The notes below the pieces were generated by a model that was not told where the DNA came from, did not search any database, and saw only the letters and a list, made by a program, of their open reading frames with translations. The position numbers were made by a program, and so were the translations under genes. 64,000 bases of DNA from Octopus sinensis (Eukaryota), in assembly GCF_006345805.1 (NCBI RefSeq), contig NC_043012.1, positions 33,976,001 to 34,040,000 of the forward strand, written 5' to 3'. Below are positions 12,601 to 24,600 of this stretch, one piece after another. Every line of letters starts with the position of its first letter. Position 1 is the stretch's first letter.

Positions 12601-15600
12601 TTTTATCAAAGTCTTTAACGAATGTTGTGAAATTTGGCAAACAGCAATAGTGAAAGTCAGAAATAGTTTAATTAATGCCCAAATATAATTAGATTGAAAA
12701 TTAATTGTACTACATAAGTTGTCTATTCATTAGAAATGTCTTGAAATGGTTTTAGGCTAGAAAATCAAAGCATGCAGATAAAATTAACAATGAAATAACT
12801 ATTGCTTTAAAAGACAGCATCTGAAGGTCCTTAGGAACAAAAAAACAAACAAACAAACTCTTACCTGAGTTACTAATGGTTGTAAAACAGATGCCGAGTT
12901 CTTACCAAGACAACGAATGGCAAAGCGAATACAGCGACAACATCGTTCCACAATACGGACATCTGATTGGTATTTATCACAAGCTTGAGACAGAACTGGA
13001 AATATCTGGTTTCACAAATGAAACAATAAAGAAAAATAACTATCTCAGTATCTTTTTCACACACATAAAGTCATCAAGGTTTTAACATATGCTTCTGCGT
13101 GCTCGCATGGGTCAGACAGAATTCACTGATGCAGACTTTCTACGGGCAGATGCCAATTCTGTTGCCAACCCTAACTTATTCCCAAGTAATATTTCCTCAT
13201 AACTGGACAGATTTTTCACAGAAGACGGGAAACAAACAGGTATCGTACACTATTGAGACAAGGAGACATAAACGCACACAGATATTACACGACAGGCTTC
13301 TTTCAGTTTCCATTTACGAAATCCACTCACAGAGTTCCAGTTGGCCTGTGGATATAATAGAAGACTCATACCTAAGTGCCATACAGTAGAACTGAACCTG
13401 GAACTAGACTAGAAAAGCAAACTTCTTAACCACACAGCCACACATGTATAAGTGCAGGTATGAGGAGTTTGCTTTCCAACCACATTGCTTCAGGTTCAAT
13501 CCCACTGTGCTGCACCTTGGGCAAGTGTCTTCTACTACAGTTCTGTGCCAACTAAAGCCTTCTGAGTGAATTTGTGAGTAGATGGAAATTGACAGAAGTC
13601 CGTTATGTATGTGTATATGTGTGTACGCATCTATGTGTCTCTTTGTCTTTACATTGTGTTTATAGTTGTAAACGAATGTCATTCATTTCTGATATTCTAA
13701 CAAAACATGCCTGGCCATGGAGAAATATTCATCTTGCTTGGAAATAGATGAAGGTTGGTGACAAGAAGGACATCAGGCCACAGATTAACTACCTCAATAA
13801 ATTTCATCTGACCCATGCAAAAGCATGACAAAGTGGACGTTAAAATGATGATGGTTATATATATGTATATTTCATCATCATAATGTAACATCTGTTTTCC
13901 ATGCTGGCAGGGGTTAGACCCTTTGACTAGAACTACTAAGCATGCACCAGGCCCCGGTCTGTTTTGGTTTGGTTTCTTCTTAAGGCGACCACTCCACAGA
14001 GTGTACCAGGTATCTTTAACATGTCACCGGCATGGGTGCTTCTAACGTGTCATCGCCATGGGTGCCTTTTATGTGCCAACAGCATGGGTGACACTCATGT
14101 GTGTATAATTATTGGTTTCAAATTTTGGCAATTCCAGTGGGTGGGGCAAGTCAATTACATCAACCTCAGCGTTCAACTGCTACTTATTTTATCGACCCCA
14201 AAAGGATGAAAAGTAAAGATGACTTTGGCAGAATTTGAACTCAGAACATAAAGACAAGACAAAATGCCGCAAAGCATTTTCTCGGTGCGGTAACAATTCT
14301 GCCAGCTTGCCACCTTAACACGTGTATAATTATTAATCATTATCTGTGTTACTGATGTTACACTTATAAACTACTTAACACCTTTTCCTCAAAAGCTGAC
14401 CCCAGGACAAAAGTATATTACCCCACACTGGACCTGAAACTCAATAAATCATCACCTTTAGCCAGAAGTAGACATTTCACAATTATTAAGGCCAAGATAC
14501 AATTTATTACATTCAATAACAAAGACTTGTCCAACACCTTCATGGAAATTTTAATCCTTTTTTTTTTCAAAGAAAATTTATGAGAAAACTAAAATTTATG
14601 AGAAAACTAAAACTAAAAAATTTATGAGAAAACTAAAACTAAAAAATTCAGTAGATATTTCTATTTTATTCGATTTTATATTCCTTTCAAATTTTGGCAC
14701 AAAGCCAGCAATTTTGGGGGGAGGGGAGGGTAAGTTGATTACATCGGTCTCAGCATTCAACTGGTACTTATTTTATTGACCCCAAACGGATGAAAGACAA
14801 AGTTGACTTTGGCAGGATTTGAACTCAGAACTTGAAGATGGCTGAAATACCACTGAGTATTTTGCCCAGCATGCTAATGATTCTGCCAGCTCGCCACCCT
14901 TGTAAATTCATTAATACTAATTATTATTAAATGAGAAAATATGTGTTTACCTCCTGAATGACAGACTGGCAAGGATGAGGTTGACCATTTGGAACTGATG
15001 GGTTAAGATGTCTGTTAATAAAATAAGAAAGCAATTAGTAAGACACTCTTAACAATTTCAGTAGGAAATAAAGAATTTAAAAAATTGCAACTTTTGTAGA
15101 ATAAACCAGCCAATAAAGTTGTCCATTTTGACCCCACCTCAGCAGCAAGTCAGAAACCACCGTTTTCCTTCTTGACACTACATTCAAACATTCTAGAAGC
15201 TTTCAAGGCATCTAACCTTTGTCACTATAAAGACAAAGTTGGGAACTTTTCGGTTTGAATGGCAGTTTTTTCTAGCGGTGTCATATGAAATTGTCACCCA
15301 TAATTATGACCCTAGTATCGATCTATTGCATTTCAATCTATTTTAGAGTTAGGGGTGGGGGGAAGGGTATCTTTTGTTCTTCACAAATGTAAATAAACCT
15401 AATCTGTTTCTTAAACGAGGGACATATTCATACGGCACAGAATGTTTTTTTACCTCAATGGACGTCAGTGATTGGTTGAAATTAAAGAAATTGAAGAAAA
15501 AAAAACAACAAATATCTTACAAACTATAGAATTTTCTCAATAAAGCCAAGAGAAAAAGATGTTTTATAAACACATTCTACCAGTATACGAAGTTTAAAAG

Positions 15601-18600
15601 TGTTTAGTTACCTAGAAATTATGTTAAAAACTGCCGTTCAAACCGAAAAGATCCCAAAGTTGTAATAAAAAGCTGTTTTAAACACTTAATCAGAGAATGT
15701 CTGCAAAATGTCTGGATTCCATGGCAATCCCAAGCAGAAAATCAGACAAGGTCTCCTACACTCTGTTACTATGCAGGTTTTGTCACTCACGCAATACCTA
15801 AAGTAATTAGAACATCAGACGAGACTGTCACACTCTCTATGCATCTCTTTCTCTCGAATGCTTTGTTACTCACAGAAGAGATCATAACGAGTTAAAGGAC
15901 ATCTTGTAATAACAAATTTGTCATCCACAAAGAAAGCTTAGCATAAACAACACAACACACACATATCCTTATTGCATGTAAACAGGGAATTTTCAAGCTG
16001 AAAATACTGCCTTATCACTGTATCTTAGGAGTCATCATGCCCACACTGGCTTTATTGCATTTCTTATACTATTATATATCAGTCAACTAGTCAACCATTT
16101 AACCAATTATTTGCATACTTCAGTTTCTTTAATGCTGTCCTTATCCATTGACCGTTAACTGAGGAGCCACCAAGCTCCAGTTAAAAATACTAACAAAATT
16201 AAAATATTAAAAACTACAAGAATTTATCAGTTCTTATTAAGGTCACTGTCCTCCTTGAGGAGTTCAAGAACCCCATTTTGCTCTTACATTTCATCTTTAG
16301 CTGGGTTTCTAAGGTTGGCTGGCCTTCCTAACTCTAAATCACCTTACAGAGTGGATGCCCTTCTTATCATCAACCATTCTGGATACATTATATTGATGGA
16401 ATACCTTATATTGTGACATTCACACTTGACAAGATTTAACATATGTAGATGGCACGTAAAAAGCACCATCCGTATGCAGCCGATGCCAACGCCACCTCGA
16501 CTGGCTTCCATGCTGGTGGCACATAAAAACCACCAACCAGTCATGGCCGTTGCCAGCCTCGCCTTGCTCCTGTGCCGGTGGCACGTAAAATGCACCCACT
16601 ACACTCATGGAGTAGTTGGCGTTAGGAAGGGCATCCAGCTGTAGAAACACTGCCAGATCAGACTGGAGCCTAGTGCAGCCTTCTGGCTTCCCAGACCCCC
16701 GGTCGAACCGTCCAACCCATGCTAGCATGGAAAACGGACGTTAAATGATGATGAGATCTGCTAAAACTATATAAACCAGTGAGAGTTCAACAGATACAGT
16801 CTGAGACTTTAAAAATCATTGTCACTCTGTCGATTTCATAGAAGTAGTTGCTAGCTTCTGTTACCAAGGGGACCAAATTAGCAGTGCGAGTAGGTGTTCT
16901 GAAACCATAGTAACCAAAATAAAAAAAACTGGTTAGAGAAAGTTCATGAAGCTGTTACTCCTGCTTGCAAAAAAAAAGAGCTTCACCATCAGAGTAAAGA
17001 GCAGACTGTGATGTGTATGGATGATGACAGCTGTATAATGAAGTACTGACTGGGATATGAGGAAGGTGGAGGCCCAGGAAGGTACGGGAGGAGCTGGAGA
17101 ACAATAACAGGAAATACAAAAAGGCTGTTAATTTAGGATATCAGAGTGAGGGATTAAATTACCTGAAAATTGCTGCTAACCCATCCAACCAAAGTGTTGG
17201 GTCATGGCTACTGCCTTGCTTTACATTGACCTCTCCTTCATTAATTAGCTGCAATAATTTAATAGAATTATTTTAATAATTATCATGATAAATCAGTAAC
17301 AAATGGAACATAATTAAAAATAAGTGGTGCTGTAGAAAGTCTAAGAAGGAGTGGAACATAATTTTATATTCGTTTCCCCTTGCTGACACAGACTGGACTA
17401 CTCTGACAGCATCTGGACATTTGTAGTGGACCTTCTGATAACAAAGGAAGCCAACAATCTTAGTTATTATAGTATTTTTGGTTTTTGACATGGTTTTTTA
17501 CTTCTGGACACCAATCACTTTATAGTGTGGCCTGGGATCATATTATCATAGCACCACTACTAAAGATGGTGCCTGTATCAAGATGATGAAAAATTACTCC
17601 CTGCCTCTTTTTACTTGTCTTGTATCTTGTGAAATTCAGGTCTTCTCTCTTCTTTCTGTTTTTTTTTTATAGCAATATAAGGATTTTGCTTTATTTCCTG
17701 GATATTTCATAATCTATTCTGACCTGAGACTAAACAACAAGAACTAGTTTCAGAGGCGGTGATGGCAATGGTAGGTGTCAGCAATGGCAACCAGCGGCAG
17801 CAGTGCCACCACCACCATCATCATCCTCATGAATACTGCTCTCAACAACTGGGCTGAATTCTCTTTCATTGGATCTCAGTGGTGGACAGCAGCTGAATCA
17901 GTGTCTGCTACATTAATACAGACATAAAATACCAATTTCTTTACTACCCACAAGGGGCTAAACACAGAGGGGACAAACAAGGACAGACAAACGGATTAAG
18001 TGCATAACTGGTACTCAATTTATCGACCCCAAAAAGATGAAAGGCAAAGTTGACCTCGGCGGAATTTGAACTCAGAACGTAAAATATGATGAGAGAGAAG
18101 ATGTAGGAAGGAGGATATCATCACACTTTACCTTATTTAATGGAGTCAACTGAAAAGAGCACAATTTCTTCAATCCTTCTCCAACATTTTCATACGGTAA
18201 TTGAGTCAAGATGGTTGCAGTTCCTTGGGGAGAAAATGGGTAAAAACAATTGTTAGTTAACAATAATTTCAACCACTGGCAAAGTTCACAAATTTGAAGA
18301 GAACAGCTGATCAGATTGCTGCCTCCCCCACCCGCTAGTATATAACTGGTACTTCACCCTACCAATCGTAACACTTCTACAGTGGCTTCTATCCCTGCCT
18401 TGAATCTGGTGGGTCACATAATGTCACCAACCAGTTCCCACCTGATGCACTCATCTCTAATTTCGTCACCTACATTGTGTTCATCAAACTTTCTCAGAAC
18501 CTTATCTCTGGAATTCCCTCCCAGTCCAAGACAATCCTCTATTTGTTCAAGGACATCAATTACTGATCTCAGAAGTATCAAGGGCATGGACATAGCCCCC

Positions 18601-21600
18601 TTCCACACACAACCATAAAAAAAAAAAAGAAAAGTCGTATTGTTCTTGAACAAATCTGTTGTCACACCTGTGACAGATTTCTTTCTCAGGTAATGTGATG
18701 AGGACAAGTTAACTAAGTTAGTTGGGTGGAGAACTACCCCTGTAATGAATTAGAGAGTAAATTTGTAACTTAAAAAGGAGACAAGTGAAAAGAAAATTGA
18801 CCTCATAAATAGAATGAAATGACTACAATTAGAGATCAAATGTGAGTTTCAGAGCAAACTAAAACAAGTGAAATGATGGCTTGGAGTGAAGTTTGAATTT
18901 ATGATGATGATGATGATGATGGTGATTGTTTCAACATTTTAACTGTTGAGCCATTGCAAGTGGAAATTTTTGAATCAAATAAAACAGAAACCAAACCTAC
19001 ATTGATGATACATGGTTAAGTTCAATCCTACCCACCACTTTAAGATAACCCATGGTAAGAGGTCTTCTCATGTATCTTCACATTGACCAATGTCTTGAGA
19101 GTGAAATTTGGTAGACAGAAGTTGTGTAGAAGTTTCTCACATACATACACACATATATATATATGCACACATACACATTCCTTTGTTCTCAGAGAGGGAT
19201 GGGCCTTGCTAGGTTTAAAATGCTTAAGATATGCCTGCATAACGACACCCATACAACTCCATGAGGAGTTGAGGGAGGCAAGTGTGTGTGGGAGAGAGAG
19301 AGAGTAAAATACCCAGTAGTTAAGTTTCTAGAAGGGCGGTAACTGGTAAACTTTCAGTAAGACGGCTACTGGTTTTGAAAAAGCTAAATAGCTAAACAAA
19401 AATCCCCAGGAGCTTTGCTCCAGCATGGCTATGGCCCAATGATCAAAACGAAAAAACCAGTGAAAGAATAAAACAAAAATATTTGCAGGATCAAACAATA
19501 AGCCCAGAGAATAGAAATGAACTTCAATGAATAATATATGTAAAACATTTGCAAGATTACCTTTAAGCAGGCCAATGGCAGCATCGTTGGATAAATTAAA
19601 AGAATCCATGGCTTGTGCTATCTGAAGAAGGCCATCAAAGTGTTCTCTCATTTGGGAACGACAAGCAGTGCAGATACTCTGGAGAGCAGTTGCAGACACT
19701 GATGCCAAGAGAGACTGTTGGAGACCCGCTAAGAGAAACTGTAGAACAGGATCTGAAGAGAAAACCATTTAATTTTAGCTTCATTGTAAACATTTTGATT
19801 AATGAGTGGAGAGTTGAAAGGATGGGATATTTTTTGAGATGGGCTGATGTCTGGAAGTGGATAAAGTGTTTATTAGACAGCAGCAGTAACTGTAGCACAG
19901 AACTGATCTGTACAACATGGCATGAGTTGTCTCTCACATGTAGGATTAATTCATGGTTAACTTGTAAATATTCATTTATTTAATATTAAAAAAATTTAAT
20001 CCCATAGGATTTAACCCTTTAGCATTCAGACATTTGTCAAATGTAATGCTTATTTATTCACACTGTTTCCAATTAGTAATGCTTATCATTTAATGGGGCT
20101 GCAAAGAGAGAGACTTGGAGATACCACTGTGAAAGGTTGCTAAATGAAGAAAATGAATGAGAGAAAGAGAGCCAGCCGTATGTCGACCCAACAGAGGGAT
20201 CAGCTATCCGAAAGGACAGTATCTTGGTAGATAAAGCAATTAAGGGTATGAAGACAGGGAAAGCCCCAACCCCTCAGGAATCACCACAGAGATGCTTAAA
20301 ATGTCTGGCAGTGTCAGCTAGAGCCCAGTCACCCATATAGTCAATCATGTGATAGATGAAGGAGTCATACCAAATGACTGGTGTAGCAGCACCATAGTCA
20401 GCTGCTACAAAGGTAAAGGTGTAGGGTAGGTGTGAGAGCCTGGATCTGGTCAGTTTGAACATAAAACAGAAGAGCTATTTTGGCCGGATATGGCCGGTTT
20501 AAATGCTAAAGGGTTTCTAAAAGTGTAGCAGTCAGTTCTCTTAGTGCAATCTTTACAAGAAGAGTCCATATATAAGTTGTAAACAATAAAGACATCCTAT
20601 ACATAATGAAAATGAATATAACAGCTGAAATACCAACTGATCAATAAATATAGATTAGGGCAAAGCAAGGCAGAATCAAGCTGAGCTTCTGGGACCACCA
20701 ACACTATTGCAATAGTAAATAAAAAAATTAATGGAAAAGATGAAGGTGTGTAAACTTACCTAAAAGGTGAGGATGTTTCTCAATCCATTCACAGAGTTCT
20801 CCAATTAACTGGATACTGGTATACCTGACCGCGACGTGGCAGTCAGCTGGTAACGACAACATAGCTTCAATTACCTGGGGGACATCATTTTCATCTCTGA
20901 AAGTTCCAACAGAGATTTATTACATGTTTGACTGTGTGAGAGCATGTGTGGGTGTCTTTTTGAGTGAATGTGTGTGTGTGTGTGTGTGTGTGTATGAGGA
21001 AGAGGGGGGGCAGTAAGAAAGGGCATGTGCTAATGTTGTGGTAAGAAGTTTGTTTCCCAACCACATGGTTCTGGGTTCAGACCTACTTTGCGGGACCTTG
21101 GGCAAGTGTCTTCTACATGTGTGTGTGTCTTTGCGTATATATTTGGCCCTCACCACCACTTGACAACTGGTGTTGGTGTGTTTACATCCCTATAACTTAG
21201 CAGCTTGGCAAAAGAAACTGATAGAATAAGTATCAGGCTTTAAAAAAATAAGTACTAGAGTTGATTCATTCAACTAAAAATTCAAGATGGTGCCCCAGCA
21301 TGGCCGCAGTAAAAGAACTTGTTGCTTATTTCGAGGTGTACATGGACATATTAAAATATAAATGCACAAATGTAGAAATGGTTGAGTGCTTAAGAAGTTT
21401 GCTTCCAACAACATGGTTTTGGGTTCAGTCCCAATGAGCAGCACCTTCAGTAAGAAAGTGTCTTCTACTAGAGCCCAAGGCTGGCCAAAGCCTTGTGAGT
21501 GGAATCGGTAGACCGAAACTGAAAGAAGCTTAATGCGCGCATGCATGTGCGTGTGTATGTCATCTCTTGACATCAATATTGGTACACAATGCCTGAGTCG

Positions 21601-24600
21601 TTGCCAGTGCTGCCTGACCAACTTCTCGTGCTGGTGACACACAAAAAGTACCATCCAAACGTAGTCAATGCCAACTCCCTTGCCCTGACTTTCTCCTGTG
21701 CCGGTGGCACGTAAAAAGCACCATCCAAATGTTGCTGATGCCAGCGCTGCCCGACTGGCTCCCGTGGCATGTAGAAAGCACCAACCAAACATGGTCGATG
21801 CCAGCCCTCTCACCCTGAATGGCTCCTGTGCCGCTGGATCATAAAAATTCACCCAGTACACTCTCAGAGTCGTTGGCGTTAGGAAGGGCACCCAGTTGTA
21901 GAAACTCTGCCAGATCAAGATTGGAGCCTGGTGCAGCCTCCTGGCTTCCCAGAACCCAGTCAAGCCGTCTAACCCATGCCAGCATGGAAAATGGATGTTA
22001 AACGATGATGATAATGATATAAGCAGTGTCACTTGTTTCCAATCCTCCGTGGAAACATCTGATTGTGAGGGTATTACTTTGCTTGGAAACAGACGAGAGT
22101 TGGCAACAGGAAGGGCTTCTGGTCATAGAAAATCTGCATCAGAAAATTCTGTCTGATCCATGCAAGTATAGGAGAGTGAGCATTAAAACTGTGTGTGCGC
22201 GCGCCTGCTTCAGTAAGAGGAGATTGATGTGAGGGAAAGAAGAAAACTGTCTTCAGAGAAGACACCCGGCCCAAATGTTTGTGTGAAAGTAGATTCCGGT
22301 AAAGGTACCCAAGGACCAGATGGTAGCATCAAACAGGGAGTAAATCTACCACCTACCTGACAAGCTTCCACATCATCATCCTCATCATCATCGTTTAACA
22401 TCCGCTTTCCATGCTAACATGGGTTGGACGATTTTGACTGAGGGCTGGCGAACCAGATGGCTGCACCAGGCTCCAATTTTGATTTGGCGGAGTTTCTACA
22501 GCTGGATGCCCTTCCTAACGCCAACCACTCTGAGAGTGTAGTGGTTGCTTTTTACGTGCCACCGGCACGGGGGCCAGTCAGGTGGTACTGGCAACGACCT
22601 CGCTCGAATCCTTTTACACATGCCACGAGCACAGGTGCCAGTAAGGCGACATTGGTAACAATCACGCTCGAATGGTGCCCTTTTACGTGCCACTGGCACG
22701 GAAGCCAGCTGGCTGCTCTGGCAACGATCACGCTCGGATGGTGCTCTTGGCACCCTACTAACACAGGCACAAGTGCCAGTAAGTATCACGCTCGAATGGT
22801 GCCTTTTAAGTGCCACTTGCACAGAAGCCGGTTAGCAGCTCTATCAAAGATCACACTTGTATGGTGCTCTTTGCACCCTGCTAGCACGGACGCCAGTCAT
22901 CGATTTTGATTGATTTGACATAAGTGTTGTTAACCGAATTCCTTTCACAAACCATTGGTTTAGTCATCTGGCCAAGTTGCTGCACAGTAGGATTGAAACC
23001 GAGACCATATAGTTGTTAACCAAAATGCTTAACTACATAGTAATAGTTACACTGTTAAACCTACATACAACTGAGTTTCTTAGTATAACTGAGACCATTT
23101 AGAGGTGTTACTTACGGAGAAACATTTTTGGCAACAGCAGTCATCAGAAACAGACCTGCCTCAGCAATATCCCAGGAACTGCTAACGGATTGTGACTGCA
23201 GAGTTGTAAACATCTAGAAAATAAACATTTAGAAATTTATTTTATAACAAAAGTTCAATGCAAAAAAAAAAACACAGTTACTGGATAAGCAAGTTAATAT
23301 GTTTGTATTATTATGAAGTACTTCACTTGTGAATGGTATACACCATCTAACCAGGGACAGGACTGTGATACAGCTTCCAAGTTTTGGCACAAAGCCAGCA
23401 ATTTCGAGGGAGTGGGGTAGATCAATTAGATCAACCCCAGTACTCAACTGGTACTTATTTTATCAACCCCAAAAGGATGAAAGGCAAAGTCAGCCTCAGC
23501 GGAATTTGAACTCAGAACATAAAGACATGAAATGCTGCTAAGCATTTTGCCTGCCATGCTAACAATTCTGCCAGCTTGCCACCTGAGGCAGGACTGCGAT
23601 ATTAACAAATGTCACATTAACTCAGTGTGTTTGAGTTCATATTCAAATCCTCCTGACTTTTAGTAAGATTTCCGTAAATGTAATTTTGTGCTGTCGTTTT
23701 TTTTAAAAGTTGGTTACTTCAGTAGAAAGCTGTTGTTGTTAATTGTTTCTCTCTCGGCCTTCAAAGAGAAAGCATTAATTGTAAACAAATGTTTGTTTAC
23801 AATTAGCATGTGATATCAAATCAAAGGCACATATACAAAAAGGCTTTCCGGCTGTCATGATTCCATCTTTTTTTTTCTAGACTACATTATCCAATGTGTT
23901 CTCCTGTTTTTCTTACTGGCACCTGTGCCGGTGGCACATGTAAAAAGATTCGAGCGAGGTCATTGCCAGTACCACCTGACTGGCCCCCGTGCCGGTGGCA
24001 TGTAAAAGGCACCCACTACACTTATGGAGTGGTTGGCATTAGGAAGGGCATCCAGTTGTAGAAACACTGCCAGGTCAAGATTGGAGCCTGGTGCAGCCAT
24101 ACAATTGTCCAACCCATGCTAGCATGGAAAGCGGACGTTAAACGACGATGATGATGATAAGGTGCAATTTGAGAGGGATTTGTTATTTATGTCAGGCTGA
24201 ATAACCAAATAGTCTTCCATATTGGTTCATGTGAGTTTTATAGGAAAGTCACAGCAAAGTTTCTGATGTAGATATTGTGAATAGAAAAGAGACTGACTCA
24301 GCTAAACTTGTATATAAATGTATTATCCAATCTTTGTGACAATATGGTGTGATTTGGAAGGTTTAATGGCTATTTCTAGCAAGATGAGTAACAACAGAGG
24401 TTCTCTTAGTTTGGTGTTAAAGAAATTAAGATATATAAATGTTCATCTGTGTTTATTGGTGGAAAATACTGGTGTAAAGAAAATTCTCAATTAGTTACTA
24501 CCTGTGTAAAACAAACTGATGGTCCAACAATAAATATAATATCCTTCGTTAATTCAGAGACTCTCGTTCTAAACTCTCCAAAATCTGAACTCTCATCAGG

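Noticed and set aside
18414-18707. 97-aa minus-strand ORF with a protein-like composition
   Set aside because: It is better explained as the antisense of a degenerate LINE 3' end with poly(A), and it lacks exon boundaries fitting TNPO3.
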